A DNA stretch of 64,000 nt from Sporopachydermia quercuum (Eukaryota), in NCBI GenBank assembly GCA_001599295.1, contig BCGN01000004.1, positions 1,365,676 through 1,429,675 of the forward strand. The letters are read 5' to 3'. The notes below the pieces were generated by a model that was not told the origin of the DNA, made no database searches, and saw nothing but the letters and a program-made list of their open reading frames with translations. Shown here in pieces: positions 25,416 to 38,700 of the stretch; positions within the stretch are counted from its first letter, which is position 1, and each line of letters starts with the position of its first letter. The translations under genes were made by a program, and so were the position numbers.

Positions 25416-27188
25416 CTATAGTGCCACATCAACGATTTCAGCATCACCATCAGTCTCTCCACCGATCTTGTCATTTACTGAGACATCGGTGTTCTCTTTT
25501 TCCTTTTCCAAATCGACATCTATAGCATCACCATTTGATTTCTTATGATATGGTTCTTCTTTCCCTTCTTCATTCCCATCAGCATCAACAATCTCAACAA
25601 CTGATCTTTTGCGTTCATCAATTTCTATTCTTGAAATTGATGAACCTGGCAGTATGTTACCAGTGCTACTATCTCCATTTCCTTCAACACCCCCAGAAGG
25701 ACTATCCTCGGTACTGTCAGATACTTTCAAGTTCAATGTTCCATCAGTGATACCTTCAATTCCAAGCCCTGCTGGTTCCTTCGTTAATGAACTGTTTCCT
25801 TCTTCGATAATATAATTCTCGGCAGCGCTAAGCTTTGGTGATGATGTACCCAAAGGGCCATTTAGAGAATCTTTGGCTTTACCTTTACTATCAATATTTG
25901 TACTTGATGACACACGTTTCACGACACCTATACTAATTGTAGGTTTTGATCCATATTCTTGAGCTCTAGAGAGAGAGCTACTGCTTGGGTTAGTCAATAG
26001 CTGCTTCCTATCCGCTTTATCCTTAGCGATGACTCTTTTTATTAATACATCAGAATAATTGACGAATTGCATTCTGTTATCAGGACCCACGACTTGGAAA
26101 CACATATCTTGGTTTTCTAGCTCATCTTCGAAAATGAATAAATGATTTTCAAGATCATCAACAAATGTGTTCAAGAAAGAAGCCCAGTCGGGAGCAATGA
26201 CGTACTTAGTATCAAAATCTCTTCCAAATAATATTACTTGACCCCAACGACCTTTTGGACCAGGTGCTAAATCTACAGCAATGTTATTTCCTGCCCAGTC
26301 TTTTGCTAGAGGAATCCAACCCGGATGACAGTACAATTTCTGGACTGCTCCTTCAGGCACGGATTCTTGGTTATGTTCAACAGGGTTCCTGTATCTATTA
26401 CCACTCATACTTCCAGATGCACTACCAGCTCTACCAGAGTTATTTCGCATATTCTTAGCATATAAACTATCGCTACTAATAGAAGTGATGGAATTTGAAC
26501 TACCAAAAGCTGTTCTCGAGCCGGCCTGCTGTTGCAGTAAATATCTATCATAAACTTTCTTCCAGACTGACCATTCAATGGACATTTCTTCTAGATCAAG
26601 AAGTGTATAACCAAATAATAGACCGGTTGGTTTACCACCAGCTTCTTGACCGTCATGGATCATATAACTTTCTCTCACTGAGTCAGGAAGATTACAGCCA
26701 TCCAAGTCATTTTCCAATTCATTCAAATCAATGCCAGTAGCAGGGTATGACAAATTCTCGTATAATTCAGAAAATTTTTCTTCTAGAATTTGGTCTATTT
26801 TTTCCCATGAGTTAGAAACTGGAGGTGAAGGGGGAGCTCCATTGACATAGTCTTGTAATTGAATGCTATTATGTCTGGAGCTTGATGATTCTAAAGCTAG
26901 ACCTTGAGTACTGCTGTGGTTGCTTGTTTGATTTGAACGTTGACCTGGTGCATAAGGAACAGGATTATTCAAGTTAGTACTACTGTTTTGACCTCCAGAG
27001 TAGTTATAAGGATTTGGATGTGCCATGTCTTGAGCAACTCTCCCCGATGCCCCCAATGCTGAATCTCGATCGGAGCTTCTTGTCCCCGATCGATAAGGAG
27101 AATTGTATGATGCATAATGATCATCGGTAGTAAGATTATATAAAAATGATCCAATGGAAGATCCAATATTAGAGAAAAATTTACTCAT
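25416..27188 (-). CDS. SMI1: Cell wall/beta-glucan synthesis regulator Smi1/Knr4
   Basis: LTTDDHYASY, HDGQE.GGKPTGLLFG..LLDLE, HPGWIPLAKDWAGNNIAVDLAPGPKGRWGQVILFGRDFD. Confidence 0.95.
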   Translation of the reverse strand: MSKFFSNIGSSIGSFLYNLTTDDHYASYNSPYRSGTRSSDRDSALGASGRVAQDMAHPNPYNYSGGQNSSTNLNNPVPYAPGQRSNQTSNHSSTQGLALESSSSRHNSIQLQDYVNGAPPSPPVSNSWEKIDQILEEKFSELYENLSYPATGIDLNELENDLDGCNLPDSVRESYMIHDGQEAGGKPTGLLFGYTLLDLEEMSIEWSVWKKVYDRYLLQQQAGSRTAFGSSNSITSISSDSLYAKNMRNNSGRAGSASGSMSGNRYRNPVEHNQESVPEGAVQKLYCHPGWIPLAKDWAGNNIAVDLAPGPKGRWGQVILFGRDFDTKYVIAPDWASFLNTFVDDLENHLFIFEDELENQDMCFQVVGPDNRMQFVNYSDVLIKRVIAKDKADRKQLLTNPSSSSLSRAQEYGSKPTISIGVVKRVSSSTNIDSKGKAKDSLNGPLGTSSPKLSAAENYIIEEGNSSLTKEPAGLGIEGITDGTLNLKVSDSTEDSPSGGVEGNGDSSTGNILPGSSISRIEIDERKRSVVEIVDADGNEEGKEEPYHKKSNGDAIDVDLEKEKENTDVSVNDKIGGETDGDAEIVDVAL

Positions 27189-28658
27189 AGCTGCTAAATT
27201 GACAATCTCACAATGGTGTTACTGAGCAATTCTGACGCCTTGATCGTGATTGCTATTTTTTTTATATGCTGGGCGTTCGTATTGTTAGCTTTATCACTTT
27301 TCAATATTCCATATATGTCTATCTCTCAATCTCTAGTTAGTACAATCTTCTTCTGCAGTTGATGTATCAGTCATGAAAACTGAAACCTTGTCGCTATCAC
27401 GTTGAACAAGTCTAACCCGAGTATTCTATAATTAAATAATTTCACAGCCTCCTTCGATATTTCAATAAACTACTATGTATGCATAAGTGAGCAAGCAGTC
27501 GTAAGTCTCAATGAGATCTTATTGATCTGTTTCGATAAGCAATTGACTAGATTTAATAGCAACTTAACAATGGAAATGCAGTGTTGATTTGCAAAATTTG
27601 ATCTTCCTTTTTCACTTTCCTCTTCTTTGATTTCGTGTACCTTTCATTAAAAAGAAAAAAAGAAATACTAATTCATTGAATTGTGAATAAGATACATTTG
27701 TTTCCATACGATGATGAAAAGAATACCTCGATTCAAGGGTTTCATGCATTTAACATTTGGTTTGAAGTTTTAATTTGTACGGTTGGAATCAAGTCCACAA
27801 ATGGCACAACACAAAGATATCACACATCACAAACACCTTAGACTTCCAGTTTTTCCCTTCGTGAATAGGTTGTGTTTTGTATCCAATTTAGGATGGTGTT
27901 TGTGTGAGAATTTCGAACGCGCTGCGGTGACTGTCCGGACGGTTTAATGAGTAATTACCGTAAGTAATTGAGATAAAGTTAGCAAGGCATAGGTAAAGCG
28001 AGATGCGATATTGGTTTAAAGTTTAACAGATGATGTAATCTCTATTGTTACCGAGAAGAAAAAGAGGGAAGAGAAGAGAGTAATATTGTTTCCGCAATCC
28101 CTAAAGGAAATTGTAAACTGCCTGAATACTTACTAGACAAATGATCAATAAGAAAACAATTTTTGAAAACTTTCAATTTAGGAAATAGCTTATTTTGCTT
28201 TTATGGCTGATGTATACTAAGTGCTGATGTTTCTAATTTCATTTGTGCCGAAATGATATGTGTCTAATCTCATCGTTCCAACTGACTAAGACCAAATACC
28301 GGAAACTATGCCGTTCTAACTTATTTCTTACAATGACGACTGATTACTTATTACTCTTACCGCTTATTCATTAAGCAATCTATCATGGCAATGATTGTAG
28401 TCGTTCATCAGTGGGCAATTGAAAGAAGGTCTGTGACTGTACTTGGTTTAGGATTGATACTGTAGTCAACGAGGCAATTTTGTGTTGCTTGAGGCTAGTA
28501 TTCCCACTGACAACTGTGTGGTTAATAACGTAAATACCGCAACCCTGCCTATTGACCATTTGTAATAGTATATGGAACATATTTGTTATCAAAGGGCAGT
28601 ATTCAACTAGCTTTTATAGATCAGGTATTTTTGTTTGCATCTACATTGATTATTCAAA

Positions 28659-29931
28659 ATGCAGGCAAATGTTGAGCCAAATATGCTGAGCGCTTCAGTA
28701 GCTGCAGTTGCTGCTGGATCTCTGACTACAGTGATCACCCAACCACTAGAAGTAATGAAATCAATAGCTCAGCTGAGCGCAATGCTAGCTGTCAATAAGC
28801 CTTATAAGCAAGCTACTTTTAGAACAATGTACACTGGAGGTTCTGCCTTGACTATTGGTAATAGTATCAAAGCTTTAGCTCGAATTCAAGTTTATAACTG
28901 GGCCAATAAGTTTATGAGTGATACACAGGGTCAAACAACAGCTCCCAGAGTTGTAATTGCTGGCATGATAACTGGTTTGGCTGAATCTATTGTTATTATT
29001 CCTTTTGAAAGTGAGAACTGATTTTTTATTATTTTCTTGATCCATTTATCTAGAGTTCACCTACTAACATTATTCAGATATCAAAGTATCAATGATAGAA
29101 AACAGTTTAATACGTCAAACGCTTGAACCAGCAAAATCTGCTGCTGCAGCACTATCATCAACAGCAGCAACTCCATCATCAACAGCATCTTCAGGAAACA
29201 AAGTGAAGCAGCAATTTGGTGTATCAAAAACCTCTGGTGCGGCTTTAAGAGCAAAAGCTCAAGTGAACACTGCTTCAACACTGAAAATAGGTGACTTTCC
29301 TCATACTTTGAGTCAAACATTACATCAAATGTACTCCAACAGAGGTCTTAAAGCGTTTACCCAAGGTTGGTTTCCAACACTACTTCGTCAAGCCTCAAAC
29401 TCGGCAGTTTCTTTTACTTTCTACAACAGTTTGAAGCAATTCTTCAGCACCAGTGAATCAAACACATTAAATGCTTGGGCTTCTTTAGGTCTAAGTATAG
29501 CCACTTCAGCAGCAGTAGTCATCACAACTCAACCTATTGACGTTATCAAAACAAGAATGCAGTCAGCAACCTTTGCTGCCTATTCAAAAGGCTACTCAAC
29601 CAAAGCAAAATCCAGCAACTTGCGTCAAAACATCAAACCCCATAAGAAAATCTATACAACAAGAAATCCATCGTCTGCCAGTCCTGACATAAGGAAACCC
29701 AATCAATCGGAACCTTTAACAATAGCTACGAAGTTCCGGAAGTATTTCTTTGTTCAAATGTTTGAAATATTTACCAGAGAAGGACCAAAAGGTTTATGGG
29801 TTGGTACGGTTCCAAGATTTATGCGTATATCAGTATTTGGTTATTTGAACTATATGATCTATAGTATATCTGATACCTTAACGAAGCATGCATTGACCGA
29901 AAATCCGTTTGCTCCTTCAAATGAGGATTAG
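28659..29931 (+). CDS. Mitochondrial carrier family protein (YFR045W/Mrx20-like, citrate-carrier related), 2 exons
   Basis: Three Px[DE]xxK motifs: QPLEVMK, IPFE/NIK across intron 29011-29077 (GTGAGA..TACTAAC..CAG), and QPIDVIKTRMQ. Also LRQASNSAVSFTFY. Confidence 0.85.
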
Positions 29932-30416
29932 TGTTTGATTAGGTTTCTCAATTCTGTATATATTTAAGTAAGGTGGTTTTATAGTCATTAATATACATTA
30001 GGTATAATTATCATTATGACCAAGCTCTTTAATTTATTGATTTATTGTATTGGTTATAAATCCCATATTCAGAAACTATTTATCACCAAGTAGTATTAAA
30101 TAGAAAGCTGAAAATCAGATTTATCGTCCAGACTAAGCAATAATATGCTATGCTGCGTCCACTAGAGCTCAGTAGCTGTTTGTATACATGTTTTCTGTTA
30201 GTAAGTCATACTTTACAATTAAATCTGGCCAATATATCATAAATCATAGTATATAAGACTAGCATAATAAAAACAGAATGGCACTGCAATTCTTAAACTG
30301 AGTCTACGATCTTACATTAACAGGAAGATCTACTAAGCTAAACATCAATAAAGAATCCAATATATTGATTCAACCATCATTCATCAAATCACTTAATATC
30401 ATTATAACAAGAAATC

Positions 30417-32057
30417 TTACAATTTAGATGATCTTTCTCGCTCTTTATCTCCAAGTACTTTATAGTCTTTCATATCTCTTAAAAATCTCCTAAGAATCTT
30501 ACCAGAAGGGCTCTTAGGGATAGCATCCAATACAACAATTCCTCCCCAAAGTCTTTTATGTTTAGCGACATGGGAGTCAAACCATTGTTTAATCTCCAAA
30601 GGGTCCCCACCTGGTTTCAATTGAATGAAAGCTCTTGGATACTCAGTGCCTTCCTCGGGTTTAGAAATGCCAATCACTGCACAATCGACAACCGACGGGT
30701 GTTCCAATAACTTCGCTTCTAACTCAGCAGGGGCTACTTGATGGCCAAATGATTTAATCANTTCTTTCTTTCTATCAACAATGAAAAACAATCCTTTCTT
30801 ATCAACAATGCCAATATCACCAGTCTTCAACCAACCATCAGCCGTAAGGGTTTCTTCAGTTGCTTCAACGTTATTATGATACCCCATCATAACATTTGGT
30901 CCTTTGATCCAAACTTCACCTGGTGATCCTAATGCAACATCGTTTCCTTCGTCATCGACAAGTCTGGACTCAACACCAGCTATTAATTTGCCAACAGATC
31001 CATAATTGTCATAGTCTTTATCTGTTTGATCGCAGAAATGTGTAACTGGCGATGTTTCTGTAAGGCCATATCCTTGTCTTACATCACATTCCAATCTCTT
31101 GATAACTGCCTGAGCAGTACTTTCTCCTAATGGTGCAGCTCCTGAAACAATATTTTTGAATGTCTTCTTCAATTCTGGTAAATACTTCTCAACAACAGGT
31201 GATTTAGATAGCAGAATCAAAATTGGAGGTACCAAAGAAGCATTTGTTATTTTATATTTAATGATTGATTGGAGGAAGTGTTCCAGATCAAACCCTGGGA
31301 AATAAACAACTTGAACACCTTCATAAAGTGAAGTATAGACATAGTTCTGGAGACCGAAAATATGCGTTAACGGTAGAACAGCTCCATGAACACTATCAGC
31401 ATGGAAAGTGTCTGGAACTGATGTAAGCAATTGTTGCACGTTGCTTGATATGTTGAAATGAGAAGTCATAACGCCTTTCGGTACACCACTGGTACCGGAA
31501 GAAAAGCATAGATAAGCTAGTTTCTTTACTGCTTCTTCAGGTGAAAGATACATAGGTGTTATCTTCTTTTCAACCTGTTTCAGCTCCTCCCATAGTTGTT
31601 CGACGGTTGTTATTTGAACCTTTCCCTTCAATTGAGGATTTGATTCTAATGCTTTATTAACAGTATCAAGCAAAGCATTTCTGGTGATTAATAATTTGGT
31701 GCCACTAGCTTTCAACTGGTATGCAATTTCTGGTGCAGTGTAAGCAACATTTGCTGGTGAGACAACACCTCCGTTATTAAGAACTGCATAATGGCATAAT
31801 GGCGTAATCAAATGGAAGTTAGTGAATACGCAGACAACGTCATTATTACCAACATTATACTTGGTATTGAAATGATAGGCCAAACGATCTGTAAGTTCGA
31901 CTATTTGCTTGAATGTTAATCCTTCTCCTGTGACACTATCAATAATCAGTTGCTTATTCGGTGAAGCTGATGCTGGTCCGTGTCTTAAGAAGTCAGATAG
32001 GTTTCCTTTGTAATACCTAGGACTTGGTGTGCTTGAACGATAGATTTTATCCGACAT
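30417..32057 (-). CDS. Peroxisomal 4-coumarate-CoA ligase-like / phenylacetyl-CoA ligase-like AMP-dependent ligase
   Basis: AMP-binding motif FSSGTSGVPKGV, QGYGLTETSP, GWLKTGDIG, PKSPSGKILRR; C-terminal PTS1 SKL. Confidence 0.92.
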   Translation of the reverse strand: MSDKIYRSSTPSPRYYKGNLSDFLRHGPASASPNKQLIIDSVTGEGLTFKQIVELTDRLAYHFNTKYNVGNNDVVCVFTNFHLITPLCHYAVLNNGGVVSPANVAYTAPEIAYQLKASGTKLLITRNALLDTVNKALESNPQLKGKVQITTVEQLWEELKQVEKKITPMYLSPEEAVKKLAYLCFSSGTSGVPKGVMTSHFNISSNVQQLLTSVPDTFHADSVHGAVLPLTHIFGLQNYVYTSLYEGVQVVYFPGFDLEHFLQSIIKYKITNASLVPPILILLSKSPVVEKYLPELKKTFKNIVSGAAPLGESTAQAVIKRLECDVRQGYGLTETSPVTHFCDQTDKDYDNYGSVGKLIAGVESRLVDDEGNDVALGSPGEVWIKGPNVMMGYHNNVEATEETLTADGWLKTGDIGIVDKKGLFFIVDRKKEXIKSFGHQVAPAELEAKLLEHPSVVDCAVIGISKPEEGTEYPRAFIQLKPGGDPLEIKQWFDSHVAKHKRLWGGIVVLDAIPKSPSGKILRRFLRDMKDYKVLGDKERERSSKL

Positions 32058-33410
32058 TATGCAAATGGATAATGACGATTGTTGATAATATTTCTTTCCT
32101 TTTTGTTTTCGAAGGTGATAATCGTTGTTGCGGATAAATAATTGCGAGTTGTTTTCTTATCACCTCTTTGAAGCTGTTCCGGGTTGCTGTTACCGAGTAA
32201 TCTATCACGGTAGTATCAATGAACAGTTGATAGTTAGTTGCGTAGTAACCTTTTCTCCTTTCCTTTCCGTTAAGAATGGCAGTGATCAATCTGAATGATT
32301 TAATTGATGTGCTCTGTCCAAACAACCAGTCACCTCAATAAACGACAGTAATTGATTGCTATCAAGAGGAAACAGCCCTTTATATACTACTTCGTCAGTG
32401 TCTGCGTCGACTCCTTCGTACTACTAGCTACCTTCCTGGTAAAGTATATACTCCGCGAACCAATGATCAATCTTTTCCTTGGTATTAAAAATCTATCACA
32501 ATATGAATCCTTATCATGTAACTTGTTATTTATACCAATTTCTGCTCATTCAGTCGGTCTTTTTACCTCCTTTTACCGGGGTACTGCAATAAATCAGACT
32601 TTTTCCAATCACTATCTTATTATGATTATGCGGGGAAATAGCATGGGATTTAGAACCCTTTTTTTGAATTTACCGAGATAAGTAAGGGATGGAGAAGCGA
32701 TCGACACGGGAAGGCAAACCAGAAAGTAATGATAAATAATGAGCTTTTGATCAATAACAGTTGTGTTGACTATGAGCTCTATTGATGTCTATAGATATAC
32801 AACATTAAATAAGTGAATGGTAGAGAGGAATAAAGGCCGATCATCCACAATTAAAGAGATATGAAAAGTGGTTATCATTGCAGAAGCAGAATAGGGGACA
32901 AAGCAAAGTTAAGATTCAATGTCCGGTTATGCAAGGGAAGAACATTGTGCATCGAGGAAGAGCCTGCCTAGTTTGGGTGGAATTCGGAAAACCTCAAGAA
33001 AAGCTAGACATATTGTACTTACGTAATCATATTTGCCTCTATATATCGTTTCCGTTACCAAAAAAATAAAAATCTCCGAAATTTGGTTTAAAGTTCTCAT
33101 ACTAAACAAATTTTTTATTATCGCTCTGTCCTTCTGATAATTACTCTATTTGATAGTATAAAAGCATTTGAAGGACTTAATGAAAGGGAATGAAGTATTC
33201 ATTAGAGATTTCTGGGTTTTAAGGAAAAGGGATAATAGTGAAGGATTTTTTCCCCTAAAACATTTTGCTTACTTACTCTACTTTTTATTGTACATTTGAC
33301 AGAAGCTATTCAATCAGCACTTGTATTCTGATCCTTGAGGCTGTTTATTGGTTCCTAGTTGCAGCATAAACACATAAACACACAAAAAAACTTCATATTG
33401 ATTCATCAAA

Positions 33411-35453
33411 ATGGTATTGAAATCGACATCAGCAAACGTGTCGGTATACCAAATCTCTGGTACCAATACATCAAGGTCGTTACCAGATTGGTTAGCAAGA
33501 AAAAGGAAGCGATCACTGAAAAATGACCCTGACTATGCTAACAGAGTAGAACTAATTCAGGATTTCGAGTTCTCAGAAGCATCAAACAAGATAAAAGTAT
33601 CCAAAGATGGTCAATATATTATGGCTACAGGTACCTATAAACCTCAAATACATGTCTATGACTTAGCGCAGTTAGGTATGAAATTTGAAAGACACACTGA
33701 TACAGAAAATGTTGACTTTATCATGTTATCAGATGATTGGACTAAGTCTGTTCATCTTCAAAATGATCGATCAATAGAATTTCAAACCCAAGGCGGAATA
33801 CATTATAGAGCAAGGATTCCAAAGTTTGGAAGATGTTTAGATTATAACCCTGAAAACTGTGATTTATATTTGGGAGCCTCAGGAAATGAACTATACAGAC
33901 TGAACTTAGATCAAGGTAGATTCTTAGCACCATTTGAACTTGATTCATCAGGGGTTAACTGTATTGATATCAATAAAGCGCACGGATTGGTTAGTGTTGG
34001 AACTGACGAAGGAACGGTTGAATTCTGGGATCCAAGAAGTAGAAATAGAGTGAATCAACTTCAAATAGGATCGAATCCTGTGACTGCTTTAGCTAGTCGT
34101 TTCGATGGATTGTCATTAGGTGTTGGTGAAGGTGAAGGTAAATCATACATATTTGATCTTAGAAGTTCAAATCCTATTGTGAAGAAGGATCAAGGTTATG
34201 GATTCCCTATCATCAAAATGTTGTGGGTTGACACCGATAATGGTTCTTTGGATGGTGCTGCATCAAAAGTTTTAACTGCTGATAAACGTATTGTTAAGTT
34301 ATGGGATAGAGTTCATGGTACTCCTTATACTGCCATGGAACCAACAGTGGATATAAACGATGTTGATTACATTCCAAAGACTGGNATGTTCTTTTTAGCT
34401 AACGAAGGTATTCCAATGCATACATATTATATTCCATCTATTGGTATTGCGCCAAAATGGTGCTCTTTCTTGGATAACATAACTGAAGAGCTTGAAGAGA
34501 AACCATCAACTGCAGTTTACTCCAATTTCAAATTCGTCACTAGAAAAGAACTTGAACAGCTCAACCTTACATCTGTTATTGGCACTAAAGTTGCTAGAAG
34601 CTATATGCATGGTTTCTTTATAGATCAGGAATTGTACGAGAAAGCAAGGCTTATTGTTGATCCATTTGCATATAAAGATCACAGAGATAGAGAGATCAAG
34701 AAGAGAATCGAGAAAGAGCGTGAAAGTAGAATCAGAACAGCCTCCAATGCTCCAAAGGTCAAAGTCAACAAAGCTCTTGCTGAGAAAGTTGTTAATAATA
34801 CTAAATCTTCTACTAATGGTACTTCAATTCTATCGGATAACCGTTTCCAGAGTGTCTTTGAAGATGCTGATTTTGAAGTCGATGAAGAGTCGCACGAATA
34901 TCGTATGATCAATCCAAGTAGTGCTAATAAGCATGTGGCTGTCTCTCACTCTACTTTACGTGATACTTCTCGTCCTTTGACTGCTGCGGAAGAATCTGAT
35001 GAGGAAAGAATGAACAAGAAGCCTGGTGAACTACAGAATTCATCTGATGAATCTGATACAGGCAGTGAAGATGAAGTGGATGCGGCATTGAAGAAACAAA
35101 GAGAAGAGATGAAAAAGCGTTTGGAAGAAGAAAGAAGAAGGAGAAAAGCAGCTAAGAAAAATAAAGATTACATTGAAATGGTGGCTGCTGATGTAAAGGA
35201 AGTAGGAAGTAAAACTGTATCATTTGAACAAAAAGTACAAGAAAATAATGAGATACAGAGACTGAAATTAGAGGAAAGTAAGAACCTCAGAGTGAAGAAA
35301 GGTCCTAAAGGTGAAGTTGAGGTATCTTTTGTTCCTAAGAAGAAGCAGAAGAAAGTTGAATTTGCCGATACAACTCCAAAGGATACCGGTAAGGCAAAAC
35401 AGACATATGAAGGTAGAAGAAGAGCAAGTAAGAATGCATTTAGAGGAATGTAG
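33411..35453 (+). CDS. ENP2: WD40 ribosome biogenesis factor Enp2/NOL10
   Basis: SRSLPDWL, ELIQDFEFSEAS, ATGTYKPQIHVYD, APKWCSFLDNITEELEE; ends RRRASKNAFRGM. Confidence 0.97.
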   Translation: MVLKSTSANVSVYQISGTNTSRSLPDWLARKRKRSLKNDPDYANRVELIQDFEFSEASNKIKVSKDGQYIMATGTYKPQIHVYDLAQLGMKFERHTDTENVDFIMLSDDWTKSVHLQNDRSIEFQTQGGIHYRARIPKFGRCLDYNPENCDLYLGASGNELYRLNLDQGRFLAPFELDSSGVNCIDINKAHGLVSVGTDEGTVEFWDPRSRNRVNQLQIGSNPVTALASRFDGLSLGVGEGEGKSYIFDLRSSNPIVKKDQGYGFPIIKMLWVDTDNGSLDGAASKVLTADKRIVKLWDRVHGTPYTAMEPTVDINDVDYIPKTXMFFLANEGIPMHTYYIPSIGIAPKWCSFLDNITEELEEKPSTAVYSNFKFVTRKELEQLNLTSVIGTKVARSYMHGFFIDQELYEKARLIVDPFAYKDHRDREIKKRIEKERESRIRTASNAPKVKVNKALAEKVVNNTKSSTNGTSILSDNRFQSVFEDADFEVDEESHEYRMINPSSANKHVAVSHSTLRDTSRPLTAAEESDEERMNKKPGELQNSSDESDTGSEDEVDAALKKQREEMKKRLEEERRRRKAAKKNKDYIEMVAADVKEVGSKTVSFEQKVQENNEIQRLKLEESKNLRVKKGPKGEVEVSFVPKKKQKKVEFADTTPKDTGKAKQTYEGRRRASKNAFRGM

Positions 35454-35750
35454 TTATACAAGTAGCTGATTATTAAATAAATGTATTATTANCAAACGTA
35501 CTGAACACATTGAATATGTGAATAATGACATGGTATGTGCAAAAAGATTATAGTAACTAAATGCATTGGAATTAAAATGTTCGCTTCTTCTACTATTACA
35601 ATTCAACGTTTGCTGCTTTAACTATAAGGAAGATTATTAATCTAATGATACATAAACAGTTTTTCGATAAAACATATAACTATACATAAAGTCTTTCTTC
35701 TGCACACACTTTCTCGTACTCCTACTTCATACATCATTTCATTCACCGCC

Positions 35751-38700
35751 TTAGCTACAATTGCTATTAATATAACTCAATAGCTCCAAAACTGAAAACT
35801 TCTGCCGGTTGATTTCTGGCAAGATCTTCACCAGTTCAGAAACCACATTCAAAACAACTGACTCATCGCAATCAGAATCTTCAATAATTTCAACGTACTT
35901 GCCTACATTTTTCTTGCTGTCGCCTTTCAGGTTCCTGTTTCCTTCTAGATCTTTCAAAAACCTTCGAACAGAGTCAACGTAGATATAAACTGTTTCAGTC
36001 TCAGTCTCAGTCTCAGACTTCTCTGAAGCACCACTACCACCATTTGCTTCTTTCTTTCTATTCGTAGGCTTGTTTTTCCTGTCTCTACCATTTCTTTTTC
36101 TACCTGTTCTTCTTTTCTTGCTCGCTGGNGCTTCTACACTATCACCAGCTTCTGNCTCTCCATTNGAATTCATGGCTAGCTGTCGTAGCAATTGACGACG
36201 TTGTCTTTTGCTTTCTCGTGCACTTATTGTCTTATTTTGCGATTCTTATTATTGGCTCTTAATCTAGTGATTCTTCCTGTAGCTGTTAGTAATGAATCCA
36301 CTTCATCTGAGTCTACTTCATCGTTGGTAGTAGCAACAGAAGAATATTCAGATACAACGCCGGGAATATTTATGTGAGCCAGTAATCCTGCAAACGTTCT
36401 ATTGCCACTGAAATCCTCTGTNCCAACCTCTGACGGTTCGTTCCCGTCTTTCAATGAACTTCCTAATCCTAACGTAACCCCATTCTTCAGATACATCAAG
36501 CGGTTGTTCAGTAATGATAAATCATTCGTTATTAGCCGTCCCTGTTGGTGTTGTTGGATATTCAAAGTAATGTTCTCATCTGTAACATTTTCAAGCACAC
36601 CTCCTAGTACTTCAAACTTCTGGAATAATACTGACATATCAAACATCACTCTGTTGACCGCATTTATAATATACTCACGAGTTGATCCATNTGTCAGCCG
36701 CTTGAATGAAGTGTTGGATCCCACAGGAGACTTTATGAATCCTATAGCTTTTGATAGATTACTATTATTGGGACGTTGGGCTTTTAGTTTGTTGAAAAAT
36801 ACTTTTTCTGTCTTGTCGCCGGTATTTAGTGAACCGTAGCTACTAGATTGCATTTCAAAGTTTAGTCCTTCCATTTGATCCTTATTTCCTATTGGCTTTT
36901 CAGACTCTGGATACGTAGTATTATCGGCACCTCTTAACTGTCTAGAAGGAAGTAAGCCATTAATACGAAGCGTTGGATCNTTTTCTTTCTCCAGTGCTTC
37001 TGTTGTTCCATCTTCTTCCTCCTGGTTGCTTTCTGCTCCATTCAACTGCGAGAAAAACGTATCCATAGAATCAGGATTTTCATCAATGATATCTTTCAAT
37101 TCGTCAGCTGNTGATTCCTTTGGCAATCCGCCTGGATCTGAGCTGCTGGTTAGTCNATTGCTTGTCAATAGTACATTTACTGAACTATGGACCATTTCCT
37201 TATCTGGCGAGTCNGGCTTCGATCCTGTTCCTCCTACTACATTACTAGGCTCCGAGGCATCAAAAAACATATCAAAGTTCTCACCAACGTCGACTTTGTT
37301 GCTCACGGGCTTCCCCTCCATTTTATCAGTCTCTGGTCTCTCATTATCAATTTTTGGCTGAATCATGTTATCATCCATAGTTGCATCCATTTGATCACCC
37401 AATTCTTGTATCTCGTTGAAGTTGTTTCGCCCAATCCCATTCTCACCAGAAATATCTTGTGGCCATTGCCGACAGAATTTTTGATTAGCTTTGTCTAATA
37501 AATCACCAATATTTGATCTGGGATAAGGCCAAGCAGCTGAAGCGCCAATTTTTCGTCTAGCAGTGTTGATCTGTTCGAAATAGAGCTGAGTGAGACAATA
37601 ACCAAATATATTATAAAAGTTCACCGGTAAAGCATACTGTTCTAATATCACAGGGAGATCTATCTCTGATGGCGATAAACTCAATGGCGAGATTCTATCT
37701 CTAGTCATAGGAATCACAGGTCTTCTATAGTATAAATCAGTATTATCTTCAGNTTTCACATCATGAACGGGGATTTCATCTCGGGCGCTTGAGAATCGGA
37801 CGTTGGTGACCAAATCAAGAGATTTCAGTGCCTCAAGCTTCAATTCGATGTTGTTTTCTAAGTCCGTGAGAAAAGCTCGTAACCGTGCATAGGTCACTCT
37901 ATATCTTCTGGNGAAATCAATAACATTAGATGGCATTTTCCCTTCATCTTCACCATACAGAATATAATTATGTCGGAATTGCTGTAACCGTTTAGTGTCG
38001 GTATCGCACCAGTTTTCATACAGTTTCTTCACTTGACGATAGTATGAAGATTCTGAGGATAGAAACGATGCGTTTATTTTACATGCTTGTTGATTCATAT
38101 GGTTATCAGAATGTCGTATCACATCATAAGAATTAGTGACCGGTTTGATATCCAAATCAGCCTGAACGCATATCTCAATATATCTAATCAGTAGAACTAA
38201 ATGTTGGAAGGAATAGAATATTGGCGATGGAATATTTCCATGAGATGTCGGCAAAATTTGGCCTAGAGCCATTAATCTATCGCCTGAATAATGTGTTGGA
38301 GGCGGATGACTTAGAGAAGTTTCTTTCACTGTGGTGGACGTCTTATTCTTTCCCCGATGATGAGAAGAGACTACAGTATCTGTTGTTGTTTTAGGAGTTC
38401 TTGCATGTCTGTGTGATGACTGATTGGGAAGTGGAAAATGGGAATTTATTGGAGTGTCCACAGAAGAAGCATCAGACAAAGAGGAATAAGCTCTGTGGTT
38501 TAGCATACGTTTTGTTTGACTGATAAATTGACTAAATTGCTCCTGTCGCTGTCTGATTATTGTTGGAGAGACCAGAGCGATCGCCGATCGTCCTTGAATA
38601 GTATTTGAAGTTGTTTTTTATTTCGTCCGTTGTTTATTACTCCAGGAAGCTCCAGAACGTCTTTTCCCTCCTTTGGATGTAGATGATAGTGGCCTNGCTG

